The notes under the pieces: generated by a model | Seen by the model: only the letters and a program-made list of their open reading frames with translations | What the model was told of the DNA's origin: nothing | The model's database searches: none | Shown: piece after piece, positions 1 through 11,151 of the stretch | Numbering within the stretch: the first letter of the stretch is position 1 | How the letters are laid out: the number at the start of each line of letters is the position of its first letter | Made by a program: the position numbers and the translations under genes | NCBI GenBank assembly: GCA_000004985.1 | Contig: GG738848.1 | Strand: one strand, 5' to 3' | DNA length: 64,000 nucleotides | Source: Naegleria gruberi | Lineage: Eukaryota

Positions 1-957
1 ATATTTACATCCAACTCTTGAACTTTGTTCAAAAATTCTATATGCCATTTGGTTATACTCATCAAGTTGTTGAAGGAACTCATCTGCCAACCGATCTTCA
101 GGTATTGGAACTGTCGGTGCAGATGGAGGTTTTGTTCTCATTTCTTTTGGTAGTTCCTTTTGAGAAACAGCTCTCTTATCCAAACATTGAGGAATGTGGA
201 ATGTTAGAGAGTCTACATTCAGATACTCCCTTCCACACAAGTGGCAACAATAAGCAATAGGCTTTCCATTAATATCCCTCATAGGAGCCTTCTTTTGTGA
301 AGACGATGATCTACTCTGACTCACTGCAGTTTTTGAGACAGAATCTCTCACTGGAAGGTATTTATCAATATTTTGAGATGCTATTGTAGCTGATTTGTTC
401 GATGAATTTGATCCTATTGAACCTGAAGAACTTTCTCTCACTAGTTGAGATTTTGAATTTGAGGGAGAGGTTTTTGGAGGAGTGTATTGAACCTGACGAG
501 GAGGTGAGCAGGATCGGGGTGGTTGTATTGTTGATGATTGTTGTTGTTTTTTGGGTGATGAAGCAGAAACTGAGGGCTTGTTATTTTGTTGTTGTTGAGG
601 TTGTTGCATTGTTTGTTGATGATGTTTTGGACTATTATCAGATGGATTGCATCTCAGAAAATGTTCTCCCAATTCACTAGCCTTGAATAATTTCAAACAT
701 GACGGGCATGGATTTAGACTCTCCTGACAATACAACAATTTCGCATAAGTATTATACTTCTCAATGCTAGCCTTATCTTTAGAAGAGGAAGGCATCATCA
801 TGGAAGGCAAACCCCGAGGAGGATACATCCTCTGCAATTCGGGAATCAACTTCTGCTGTTGAGCATGCCAATTATTAGAGCATTGAAACATGTGGTCCTT
901 CAAATTTCCAAACTCCTCATTCTCTCCACAATAATAACAAATAAGCTTTGCAGACAT
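1..957 (-). CDS. C2HC-type zinc-finger protein (ZC2HC1/FAM164-like); start codon is in the window and the gene continues past the window start
   Basis: The reverse strand reads as an open frame from an ATG (complement of 955-957) to position 1 with no stop. I checked the first ~120 codons by hand (MSAKLICYYCGENEEFGNLKDHMFQCSNNWHAQQQ...). There are three C-x2-C...H-x4-5-C motifs (CYYCGEN..HMFQC; CPSCLKLF..HFLRC; CHLCGREY..HIPQC), typical of zf-C2HC_2, plus poly-Q and S-rich linkers. The ORF track does not list it because it has no stop in the window. Confidence 0.6.
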   Translation of the reverse strand, partial: MSAKLICYYCGENEEFGNLKDHMFQCSNNWHAQQQKLIPELQRMYPPRGLPSMMMPSSSKDKASIEKYNTYAKLLYCQESLNPCPSCLKLFKASELGEHFLRCNPSDNSPKHHQQTMQQPQQQQNNKPSVSASSPKKQQQSSTIQPPRSCSPPRQVQYTPPKTSPSNSKSQLVRESSSGSIGSNSSNKSATIASQNIDKYLPVRDSVSKTAVSQSRSSSSQKKAPMRDINGKPIAYCCHLCGREYLNVDSLTFHIPQCLDKRAVSQKELPKEMRTKPPSAPTVPIPEDRLADEFLQQLDEYNQMAYRIFEQSSRVGCKY

Positions 958-1772
958 TTTTTAAAATCAATGTTCATACAAAATTGTAGTTGCACCCTTA
1001 TTGAATTCTTCTAGCAACAAACCATTACAATTTCGAAAGTATTGATACAATTTAACATAAATTGATTTTGTAATAAACCAACAAACTTTCATCAACATAA
1101 TTCAAAGTTGATGCTCAAGGTACTAATATTTCATCAACAAACCAAACAAAGCAAAGTCCTCAAATGTTTAAGTTGGTTCACGAATCAATGAATTAATTAC
1201 CCATGGCAAATGACCAGATTCAGACATTTCCTAACCATTTAAACAAATTATAATCCTATTCAACTCATACCTATTTGTATCTGAATATTCTTCAATATTA
1301 TATATTCTCTTAATTGTTTAACAAAATTTACAATATTGTTAATCAGTGCCATCCATTTCCTATTCAATTCTTCAATAGCAATAAAAACGTGTTGGCTTCC
1401 CCATTAGAAGTAAGTTTTCACCTTCAGTTCATGTAGAAAATTCCTTCCTTCTTCATGCCCCTTCATAGAATTGTGCTTAGCAAAAGGTACTTTGACAAAC
1501 TAATCAATTGTCTTCCGAACATGCGGTCTGCTCATAAAAGACGTTGTGGGATACCATAACATAGAATAAAAGAGGCAGCTGTCCAAAGTGTATTTTGTCA
1601 CGCCACAAGCGACAAGAGGTGAAGAATAATTTATTCGCTAAAAAACGTCAACAAGTGTAACCCTCCTTTCTTACCTGTACAACAATTAGAACAGTTATTC
1701 GAAAGGTTTACATCATCTTTTGAATACATTGTTGCATTTTCACAATTAGAATAATTTAAACTTTTCATCACA

Positions 1773-4488
1773 ATGGTCAATTTCACTACCTTTGTCAAAT
1801 CAAAAAGGAAGAGAAAAAAGGATATAACTTTTCAAGATATTCAGGAAAATTTTGATCTTCCTATCAAGGAAGCAGCCGATGCTTTACAAATTTCGTTAAC
1901 TCAACTCAAGAGAATTTGTAGAGAGAATGATATCCCTCGTTGGCCATACAGAAAGGTGAGTTTTTGCTTGTATATCACACATAACTGACAGTTATTATTA
2001 TTGTTTATCATTCCTTGTTCAACTGTACATGTATTCAATGTTACGACGATCCGCCTGTACTATTATTACATACGAAAATATTCTTAAATTGCTGTTGAAT
2101 GTTATCTCCTTCTCATTTGTTACCCAATTTGATAATTAATATTCTCTTTTTGATGGTCAAAAAACTCTTTGGATATGAAACGACCATTTGACTGTTCTTG
2201 TTGGACAAACAACGAATTCATAACATTTTAATGATGAAATGTTGTTCGACTTGTATTATACTTTTTCTATTCGAATCAAATAGTTACAAGCTCTACAAAA
2301 CAAATTACAAGATCTTCAAGATAGTTTAGCACAAGCAGATGAATTAACCAAGCAAAGAACACAAAGCAAAATAGATTCCATACATGAGGAGATTAAATTC
2401 ATTCGTGCCTATCCTAAAACAATTATTGAAAGTGGTGGCAATGGAGGAAAGAGAAATTCCATAACAAAATCCAAACGTTGGTCACTTCCATCAATGATGT
2501 CAGGAGATTCTATGAGTTCATGTGGAAGTGGAGCATCAACGAGTAACATTTTGGATCAAACCTTTGGTGGAGCTAATTCTGCTGCCAACAGACGTTCACA
2601 AAATGAAGAGGAATTCTTTAAAGATCTACAACAACGTTTGAGTAAACAATATGGTGGAATGCCTGCTGGATTAATGGGTCATGAAGAAGAGGAAGATATA
2701 GATGAAGATGAGATAATTGGTGATGCTGATGAGGATGAAGATGCTGAAAATAATAAGAAACAATCAGCAGCCAAGACGAATAATAGAAATAAGAGATTTT
2801 CAATGCCATCACTCTCTCATAATAACAGTAATAATAGTAGCAGTAGTAATATTTTGAATAGTTTAACTCCAAAGAGTAGTACTGCTAATCATTCTACAAG
2901 TGCTTTCACTACAGTCAATTCGAACACTAATCATCACCAACTTCATCATCATCAACAACAACAGTGGAATACATCCAATAATAATAATAATCAATTTAGT
3001 TATCCAACTCCATCAACAACAACGAATAATGCCACTAATAATATTATTCATCATCATCCAATTGGAAACCAATATCCACATCACCACCACCACCATCCTC
3101 AACCTCATCATGTTGGTTCTCCTCCACAACATATGACTGTTCAACATCAACACCATTCCTATGTTACACATCCACAACAAACAACTTCTAATTCGGGGCA
3201 TTCTCACGCATATCCTCCAATGGAGTCGCAAGGTCACTATGGAGTTGTTTCATCCCATCATCAGCTTCACCATTCTCATCATCATCAACACCAACCACAA
3301 CAACAACCTATCTATCATAATGTAATAGGTGGCAATAGTGGTGGTGGTCAATTGTATAATCATAATAATGTAAATGTGCCAACTCAATCAGTTTCTCCTC
3401 CACAACATTACCCAACCAATTATCAAGCCAATCAACATCAACCTCTAAATAATGTTGGCCACCTGCCTAATTCGTCAACTCAAAATTATCAACAACAGGG
3501 AATGCAAGGCCACCAAGTGATAAATCCTCAGCCAAACCAAAATAACATTGTTAGTCAACCTGTTGGTTTCGGTCATCCACAGCATGTTACGACAAGTAGT
3601 GCCCCACCTCAAAACGATCCAAATAATCAGGCAGCAATTCATAGCTTACATCACCAACCTTTGAATTCTCCCTCAAGTAGCTCAACTACAAGGGAAAGCG
3701 GTTTACCTTCAAGACAGCACGATTTCTTTTCCTCTGGATTTTCACATCACCATACTCCATTCAGTCATTCGAATAGACCTAGATCACTCAATATTAGCAC
3801 TCCATCTTCGGACTCTTATGGTTTTACTAAGTACTTACATCAAAATGGAAATTACCTGCCATCACTTGCTCAGGTTTTGAAGGAGAATGAATCTGACAGA
3901 ATGCAAGACTCACCTATAGCAGTGAATGAGCCATCACCCTTCTCAACGAGACCAACATTACCACCTGTAAATCGATCATTTGATCAACCACCAGATCTTC
4001 CAAATGATTCTCAGAGAAGTGATGCATCCAAGATTTCCCAAGCTTTAAGTATTCTTAAGAAGAAGAATACCAATGCATCCTCAACAAGCGCCTTACCACA
4101 ATCAAGTAGTGCAGGTAATTTAGAGCAGATACCAAGCAGTTCTTTCGATAATTTCCAATATTCAGGATATGGTGGAAATAATACTCATAGAGAAAATCTT
4201 CACTATCTCAGAAAGGGTGTCCACTCAACCGAGTTTGAGTATCCACCATTACAACAATATTATCAACAGTACCCAGATCAATTCATGGGTTCACAGCCAT
4301 TAACATCAACAACCCATTTCACACAACAGCAAATAGATCCAAATTCGCCAACTTCGAAAGGTATCGATGATAAGAACTCTAAATCAACAAATGGTGGTAA
4401 GGAAAACTCATCATCGGGTGGCAGCAAACTGTCCTTCCTAGAGAATTTATTCAGAAAGAAAATTCCATTCATAAGAAAGAGAAAGTAA
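1773..4488 (+). CDS. RWP-RK domain transcription factor with a long His/Gln/Asn/Ser-rich low-complexity C-terminal region; two exons, 1773..1955 and 2284..4488
   Basis: Exon 1 encodes ...FDLPIKEAADALQISLTQLKRICRENDIPRWPYRK and ends at the donor aag|gtgagt (1956). The acceptor ...aatcaaatag| at 2283 continues in frame as LQALQNKLQDLQDSLAQ..., completing the RWP-RK consensus (RWPxRK-L..L...I). It joins in phase with the 664-aa ORF 2494..4488, which carries HHHHHH, QQQQ and NNNNN tracts. The 328-nt intron is the longest in the window. Confidence 0.7.
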
Positions 4489-4874
4489 TGTTAAAGCATT
4501 TCATTTCCAAACCAAGGATTACACACGAAAGAAATTTGTAAATAAACTCATCAATTTTGTTTTAATCACCTCAACAACAAGAAATGTGACTATTCTCACT
4601 ACTGAGTCATTTGCAAAAACTATCAAAAATGATCAACAACCAAATAGTTCATTTTCTACCTTGAAATAAACTTAATTTCTGATATTCACAACTTTGAGCA
4701 TCCAAAGGTCTCCAGAAGAATATTTGAAACCACCAGCAAATGTTCAACAATTTTGAAGCACCAAATTATTTTTGAATTTAAAATTTTTGAAAAAACTTGC
4801 GAGAAAAAAAATCATTAAACCTCCTACTCTCCATTGTTCGTTAATTAAAGTCTCTTTTAAACTCGGAGTAAAGA

Positions 4875-7346
4875 ATGGTCAAGAAAACAAAATTAAATAA
4901 TGAGCGTTTGGATAAATATTATCATATGGCCAAAGAGCAGGGATATCGTTCCCGTGCTGCTTTCAAATTGGTACAATTGAATAAGAAGTATGATTTTTTA
5001 GGAACTGCTAGAGTAATGTTGGATCTGTGTGCTGCTCCTGGAGGTTGGCTTCAAGTAGCTAAAAAGTTTATGCCTGTCAACTCTACACTTGTTGGTGTTG
5101 ATCTTTGCCCTATTAAAGCTATTCCACACGTAACAACAATTCAAGGAGATATCACAACTAAAAAGACAATGACAATGGTTAAAAACGTTTTGAGAGGACA
5201 AAAGTGTGATGTTGTTCTTCACGATGGTGCTCCAAACGTTGGTGCTAACTGGCTCAAAGATGCCTTCTCACAAAGTGAATTGTGTTTGTTTGCTTTAAAG
5301 ATGGCTACTGAATTTTTGAAACCTGAAGGATTGTTTATTACCAAAGTCTTTCGTTCTAAAGATTATACATCATTAATGTGGGTTTTGAATCAATTCTTTA
5401 CAAAAGTAGAAGCAACTAAACCAAAAGCTTCAAGAGATGCTTCTGCAGAAATTTTCGTAGTATGTTTTGGATACAAAGCTCCAAAAGAAATTGATCCAAA
5501 ATTATTTGATGCTTCTTTAGTTTTCGAGGATGTTGAATCACAAAAGAAGAAATTGAGACTTTCATTCAAGGACTTAGCTCAACAACAAAAGAAACCAAAC
5601 AGAGAAGGTTATGAAGAAGGTATGACTTTGCTCTATAAGAAACGTAGTATTGCAGAATTCGTTGAAAGTGATCAACCAATCAAGTTTTTGGTTGACTATA
5701 ACGAACTTGAATTTGATGAAGCATCACAAATTTATCTCAATCACCCACTTACAACAAAAGATATAATTGAAGCTTGTGAAGATTTACGTGTTTTGGGTAA
5801 ACCAGATTTCAGAATGTTGCTCAAATGGAGAAAGAATATGAAGGATTACAAGGATGAATTGGATGCTGATAACGATGAAGATATTATTGAACAAGATGAA
5901 GAAGATGAAGTTATGGAACCAATCCACGAAGATAACGAATTATCAACAGGTATTTCCAATGAAATGGATATTCCATCTGATGAAGAAGAATTAGACGGAG
6001 AATTGAAGGAATTGAAGAATAAGCAAACCAAAATTGAAAAGAAGAAGGAAAAGAAGGTTAGAGAAAAGCAAAAGAAGCTTGCTATCAAGGCTGCTGTTGA
6101 AAGACAAGAAGATATGCTCGATACCATTGATGATGGTTCTCTTTTCCGTATGAATGATATTTCAAGTAAGGATATGTTGGATGCTGTTCTAGATCCATCA
6201 CTTACCAGTAAAGTTTATAATGAATATTTGGAAAAGAAGGAAAAGACAAAGGAACAATTAAAGAAGCAAAAGGAAGCCATGGGTAGAATTGAACTCGATG
6301 AAGAAGAAGAAGATGATATTTTGGAAGCTGAACTTGATGCTTTATATCAACAACTCATGGATAAGAAGACAAGAAGATTCAAGGCTAACATTTTACAAAC
6401 AAGAGACCTCAGAGATCAAACTAAGAGTGAACTCTATGATGCCATTCAATATGAAGAAGAAAAATATGGCGCTCCAAATACTAATCCACTTTTAATTGAA
6501 CATAAGGAATTGGGATCCAAACAAACCAAAGCTAATCAATTCTTTGACCAACAAAATATTTTCAGCGTTTTGATGGAAGAACAAACTGGTAACAGTGACG
6601 ATGAAGATGAAAACGGTACTAGAACTAAGAGACGTAAACTTGGTAGATTGGACAATATTACTGAAGAAGAATTGGCTCAAGACTCATCAGATTCTGAATC
6701 AGAAGGTGAAGAAGACGATGATGATGGTGATGCCATTTCTGAATTCAAGAGAAAAGCCAGTGAAGGTAAGAAACAAGATGTTGGTGGATTTGAAGTCATG
6801 CCAAAGGAAATGAATGATCCAGAAGTTAGAGCTACTGCTCTTGCTTTGGGTAAGAAGCTTTTGAGAAAGAAGGAACGTAGAGAATTTATTGATAGTGCAT
6901 TCCATAGATATGCTTTCAATGATGAAGATGTTCCAGATTGGTTAGCTGACGATGAAGCCAAATCATATAGAAAACAAGACCCAATAACGAGAGAAGAAGC
7001 TGACGAAATTAAACGAAAGATGGCCGAAATTGATGCCAAGCCAATTAAGGCTGTTCTTGAAGCTAAGATTAGAAGAAAGATCAGAGCCCAAAAGAAGATC
7101 AAGATGGTAAAGGAAAAGGCTGATGTTATTGCACAAAGTCAAGAAATGACTCCACAAGAAAAGTCTAAGGAACTGATGAAACTTTACAAGGATGCCTCAG
7201 TGAAGACTCAAAGAAAGAAGGTCTACGTTGTTGCTGGTGGTAAGAAGATTATTGGTAAGAAGGCACCTGGCTCTATTATGAAGTTTGTAGATAATCGTAC
7301 AAAGAAGGATAAGAGAGCTACCGATGCAAAGAAGAGAAAGAGATAA
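4875..7346 (+). CDS. SPB1: AdoMet-dependent rRNA 2'-O-methyltransferase, Spb1/FtsJ3 family; single exon
   Basis: The N-terminal 200 aa align with Spb1/FTSJ3 (YYHMAKEQGYRSRAAFKLVQLN..LDLCAAPGGWLQVA...DGAPNVG...ITKVFRSKDY...ASR..SAEIFVVC). A long acidic/lysine-rich Spb1_C-like tail follows. The start is ATG at 4875 and the stop is TAA. Confidence 0.92.
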   Translation: MVKKTKLNNERLDKYYHMAKEQGYRSRAAFKLVQLNKKYDFLGTARVMLDLCAAPGGWLQVAKKFMPVNSTLVGVDLCPIKAIPHVTTIQGDITTKKTMTMVKNVLRGQKCDVVLHDGAPNVGANWLKDAFSQSELCLFALKMATEFLKPEGLFITKVFRSKDYTSLMWVLNQFFTKVEATKPKASRDASAEIFVVCFGYKAPKEIDPKLFDASLVFEDVESQKKKLRLSFKDLAQQQKKPNREGYEEGMTLLYKKRSIAEFVESDQPIKFLVDYNELEFDEASQIYLNHPLTTKDIIEACEDLRVLGKPDFRMLLKWRKNMKDYKDELDADNDEDIIEQDEEDEVMEPIHEDNELSTGISNEMDIPSDEEELDGELKELKNKQTKIEKKKEKKVREKQKKLAIKAAVERQEDMLDTIDDGSLFRMNDISSKDMLDAVLDPSLTSKVYNEYLEKKEKTKEQLKKQKEAMGRIELDEEEEDDILEAELDALYQQLMDKKTRRFKANILQTRDLRDQTKSELYDAIQYEEEKYGAPNTNPLLIEHKELGSKQTKANQFFDQQNIFSVLMEEQTGNSDDEDENGTRTKRRKLGRLDNITEEELAQDSSDSESEGEEDDDDGDAISEFKRKASEGKKQDVGGFEVMPKEMNDPEVRATALALGKKLLRKKERREFIDSAFHRYAFNDEDVPDWLADDEAKSYRKQDPITREEADEIKRKMAEIDAKPIKAVLEAKIRRKIRAQKKIKMVKEKADVIAQSQEMTPQEKSKELMKLYKDASVKTQRKKVYVVAGGKKIIGKKAPGSIMKFVDNRTKKDKRATDAKKRKR

Positions 7347-7368
7347 TTTATATAAAATACTTGTAAAT

Positions 7369-9420
7369 TTAAAATGTTAAAAGATCTCCAACAATTTGAG
7401 CAGGACTTTCTACTTCTTCTTGTTCTTCCTTTGAATTGATATCAACCAATCCCAAGACTAAATTGATAGCTTTTTGTCTTTCACTATCTTTAAAGTTGTT
7501 TAGGAAGTATCGTTTAACAGAGTTGAAACCGTCGTTCATTAAACCTTGTGCACTCTTTTGGAATTTGAGAGCTTCAGTACCACTGTATAAAACTGAAACT
7601 CTGTCACCATTATTAATCCAGAATGTTCTGAATGTTTGATCAAAAGCAGGATAGTTTTCCATCTTGTCATCTCTTGATTTAGTGATACCCATTCTGTACA
7701 ATTGTTCCATCATCATGTATTTAGCAATAAAGGTTTCAATATAATTGGTTCTGTCACAACAGTCAATACAATTGACACGGAAAACACCATTTTGAAGTTC
7801 ATATACTTTTACATCCATAGAGCTATTTGAACTCATAGCAAATGGATCATCAAATGAGGCAACATTTGGATTAGAAGTATTGCCAAATGATTCTCCAAAA
7901 TCTAACAAGTTTGACTTTTGAGCTGCTGGTTGTTGAACAGGAACAGGTTGTTGTTGTTGAGCAAAGTTTGATCCAAAATCGTCATCAAATCCAGATGTTG
8001 AACTATTGGATGGTGTTGTTTCATCATCCCAAGGGGTTGAAAGTAAAGGAGTGGAGTATGTTCTACCTAAGAATGTGAAAGCCTTTCCATCATCTGGTAA
8101 CCACATTCCTTCTTCCTTACTTTCTTGAAGTCTACATGAGAAATATTTGATATTTCTCATACTGTCCTTGATACTTGGTAAGAACATTGTATAGAGCTTT
8201 GTTGTATCGTGATTTTTACATTCATTGTGGAAATCGAAATGATTATAAGTGACTCCTTGAATATGTTTAACGTAGCTTGTATAGAGCTCGCTCAACTTGC
8301 TTTCTTGACCAGTCTTCTTACACAAGTTGACAGCAGTAATATTATTTTGATATTCTCTCAAAATATATTGGAAATGTTTTTCAAATGCTGTTTGTTGCTT
8401 TTGCTTGTCAGTCAAGAATTTAATCTCTGGTGTATATTTGAGATTGGCTTCTTGAGTCCAAATAAGAGGAATAGAACCACGAATTTGGAGGAAAGCACTC
8501 AAAACACCGTCATAATAAGCGAATTGTTCACTTTCAACAAAGTTAGCAACATAACCATTTTCATCAGCTCCTCTCATAATGTATCTAGTACCAGCTCTCT
8601 TGGTACTTGTTCTTGAAACAATACCAAAAGTAAACACTTTACCATTCATATTACAAGAAGCAATTTCCACAATACCTCTGATTGCTGGCATGATAAATCC
8701 ATCCATTCCCTTGCTAATGAGAGATTGTAACATGTGTCTATTCCAAAAGTACTTGTTGTGAGCTCCACGCCAAGCAGATAAATTTTCAGTGTCAAGACCT
8801 TGAATAGTTGAGAATGTGTGTTGCAAGTGATGAGTTAAATCAAGAGTATAACTCATATAGAAACTATTATCTTCAACAATGGTTCTATTCATCATTTCAA
8901 TGTATTGAATTTCTCTTTCTTTCAATTCTTCAGTTTGAGATTTGAAATTAGAAGGTTTAAATGGAATAAATTGAATCTTTTTAACTCTATAGATTTTGTG
9001 CTTGGCAATCATTCCGATAAATTCCTTTTCCAACACAACAATAAGGAATGGTCCAGAAACAAGAGTAACGATACCCATAATACCAAATATTCTAGTCATT
9101 GTCTTCATCTTTTTAAACAAATTATCCCTGACTTGGGTATCGGATGGATTGATAGACAATCTAGAAACAAGTTGTGTATCTCTATCGATCAAACACATAT
9201 TTTCATAAAAGAGTACCCTTCTCTGTGGAGTTGTTGTTGAAGGTACTTTGGGTACCACAAGAAAACGTCTGCTGTTTTCATACAATTCATATTCATCGTA
9301 GACTTTCATTTTTTTATGATGAGAAAAATCCGTTACATGTGATGAGTTTTCATCATCTATTTTAAAATCACTTTTTGAAATTAACGGGAAAACAGAAGGC
9401 GAGGAGGATCCAGTACGCAT
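7369..9420 (-). CDS. SAC-domain phosphoinositide phosphatase (Sac1/Fig4-like); single exon
   Basis: The SacN region (FGIMGIVTLVSGPFLIVVLEKEFIG..HKIYRV) is present. The catalytic CX5R(T/S) motif appears as VNCIDCCDRTNYIETF, downstream of a Q/S-rich insertion. The start is ATG at the complement of 9418-9420. Confidence 0.8.
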   Translation of the reverse strand: MRTGSSSPSVFPLISKSDFKIDDENSSHVTDFSHHKKMKVYDEYELYENSRRFLVVPKVPSTTTPQRRVLFYENMCLIDRDTQLVSRLSINPSDTQVRDNLFKKMKTMTRIFGIMGIVTLVSGPFLIVVLEKEFIGMIAKHKIYRVKKIQFIPFKPSNFKSQTEELKEREIQYIEMMNRTIVEDNSFYMSYTLDLTHHLQHTFSTIQGLDTENLSAWRGAHNKYFWNRHMLQSLISKGMDGFIMPAIRGIVEIASCNMNGKVFTFGIVSRTSTKRAGTRYIMRGADENGYVANFVESEQFAYYDGVLSAFLQIRGSIPLIWTQEANLKYTPEIKFLTDKQKQQTAFEKHFQYILREYQNNITAVNLCKKTGQESKLSELYTSYVKHIQGVTYNHFDFHNECKNHDTTKLYTMFLPSIKDSMRNIKYFSCRLQESKEEGMWLPDDGKAFTFLGRTYSTPLLSTPWDDETTPSNSSTSGFDDDFGSNFAQQQQPVPVQQPAAQKSNLLDFGESFGNTSNPNVASFDDPFAMSSNSSMDVKVYELQNGVFRVNCIDCCDRTNYIETFIAKYMMMEQLYRMGITKSRDDKMENYPAFDQTFRTFWINNGDRVSVLYSGTEALKFQKSAQGLMNDGFNSVKRYFLNNFKDSERQKAINLVLGLVDINSKEEQEEVESPAQIVGDLLTF

Positions 9421-9650
9421 GAATGATGATGATCAAGAAGAATAAACTTCATCATGTTTCATCAGAAGCTAATAGACAAATTGGAACATGTGGGTGTTAT
9501 TGTTGATGGTCTTGTAATAAAAGCTTATTAATAGATAAGTTTCAAATTGGTTTCAACAATGCAAAAAGGAAAGAAAATGATTTAGTGTTTGGATTGAAAA
9601 TGAGAAAGAAATTGAGTTGAAAGGCATATTTCAATTATAATTTAATCATG

Positions 9651-11054
9651 TCATTCGCGAAAGCTAATGCCATTCAGAAGCTTTAATTGTTTGAATTGTG
9701 AAAATACTTCATTCTGCACGAATGTAAATTGATTATGCCTAATTGATAGTGCCGTTAATTGATTCATATTAATCATATGCTTTACCCCCTGGTAAGACAA
9801 TTCATTATTGTTCACCTCGAGAGCTGTTAACTTTTCCAATTTAGTGAGATATAGTGATCCCTCATCTGTAATATAATTGTTTGAAATATCCAGTATTGTT
9901 AATTCGTTCAAATCACCCAAAGATTTCATTCCATCATCAGAAATTTGACAATCATTAACAAATAGTTCTGTCAATTGTTTAATCTCACTGATGGATTTAG
10001 CCCCATCATCACCGAATGCATTTGAAGAAATATTCAAATGTGTTAATTGACTCAATCCACTTAATTGCTTAACTCCTTTAGCACTGATACCATTCGATTT
10101 AATATCTAGCAATGTTAATTGTTTCATTTTGCTAAGCTCCTCACATTCATCGAGAATAGTACAATTATTTATGCTTAGGGAAACCAATTTGTTCATTTTG
10201 CTAATTGCATTAATTCCGTCAGGATTTATACGATCAATTGAGAGAGCTGTTAATTGGTCCAACTCGCTCAACAAGATCACCTCCTCATCACCAACCTTAT
10301 TATCACCTATATCAAGATAAGTTAGTTGTTTCATCTGACTTATGGCTTTGGCACCCTCTCCTCCAATCCTATTTGATGAAACATTTAGCCAAGTCAATGT
10401 TTTCATTTCACTAATTACTTTTGCTCCTTCTGCACCAATATAATTATATCTAATACTGAGAGATTCTAATTTTTCCAATTGGCTAATATAATTTGCTCCT
10501 TCCAACCCAATCCCATTAAAATCAACACAGAGATGAATCAAATGTTTCAATGTTCCAATTGACTTTAAACCATCCTCATTAGTAAAGTGACTTCCTAATG
10601 TGAGGTGTGTTAAATTTTTCATTAAAACAAAACCTTGAATTACCTTAGCTCCAAGAGTATTATAATTAAATGTTAGAAATTTAATTTGCACTCTTTCAAT
10701 ACTTTCCAAGAATTGACTTTTCATTAACGATTCTACTCTTTCACTATCAAACGGAACATTAAAATCCAAATAAAACGTAACTCGACTTTTGATAATATTT
10801 AAAAACTGTGTTGAAATTAATGTACAATTTTTCAAAATAAACCAATCATCCAGAAAACAAATAATTTCATAACAAATATCATCGGGAAATATTTCCTCTA
10901 TTATTTACCAAATAATACTAATATTTAACTACTATTTTCACTACTAATAATTACCCTGATGATGAATTTTTATAGCTTTACTCATTGGTTGAATTTCCGA
11001 ACTTTCACATGTAATAGAATCATTTGCAAACTCTTCTCTTTCTAATCTTTTCAT
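9651..11054 (-). CDS. F-box / RNI-type leucine-rich-repeat protein; two exons, complement(9651..10897, 10955..11054)
   Basis: The 394-aa ORF 9651..10835 carries about thirteen 24-aa repeats of the form LTxLxISxNxIGxEGAKxISxMKQLT, the ribonuclease-inhibitor-like LRR. The ORF-track start is TTG. A 57-nt intron (donor cagg|gtaatt, acceptor aataatag) joins an upstream ATG exon, MKRLEREEFANDSITCESSEIQPMSKAIKIHHQ. The junction encodes the F-box-like segment EEIFPDDICYEIICFLDDWFILKNC. Confidence 0.7.
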
Positions 11055-11151
11055 TTTTTTTAATTAATATTTAAATAATAATTTTCAAATTGAACTTTCC
11101 ATTGTAATCTGTGAATTAATCCATCTTTGTGGAGGAAAGAACTTTAAAAAA

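Noticed and set aside
18-680. Plus-strand ORFs 18..260 and 402..680
   Set aside because: They lie antisense to the well-supported minus-strand C2HC zinc-finger reading frame. Their translation is low-complexity with no motif.
2618-3237. ORFs 2618..2872(-), 2900..3136(+) and 3013..3237(-), inside the low-complexity part of the RWP-RK gene
   Set aside because: They are alternative-frame artefacts of CAA/CAT/AAT repeat DNA. The sense frame is continuous with the RWP-RK exon.
5846-7157. Minus-strand ORFs inside the Spb1 gene (5846..6127, 6677..7102, 6963..7157) and plus-frame ORFs 6289..6495, 6595..6813
   Set aside because: These are antisense or off-frame ORFs in GAA/GAT-rich coding DNA. Spb1 is unambiguous on the plus strand.
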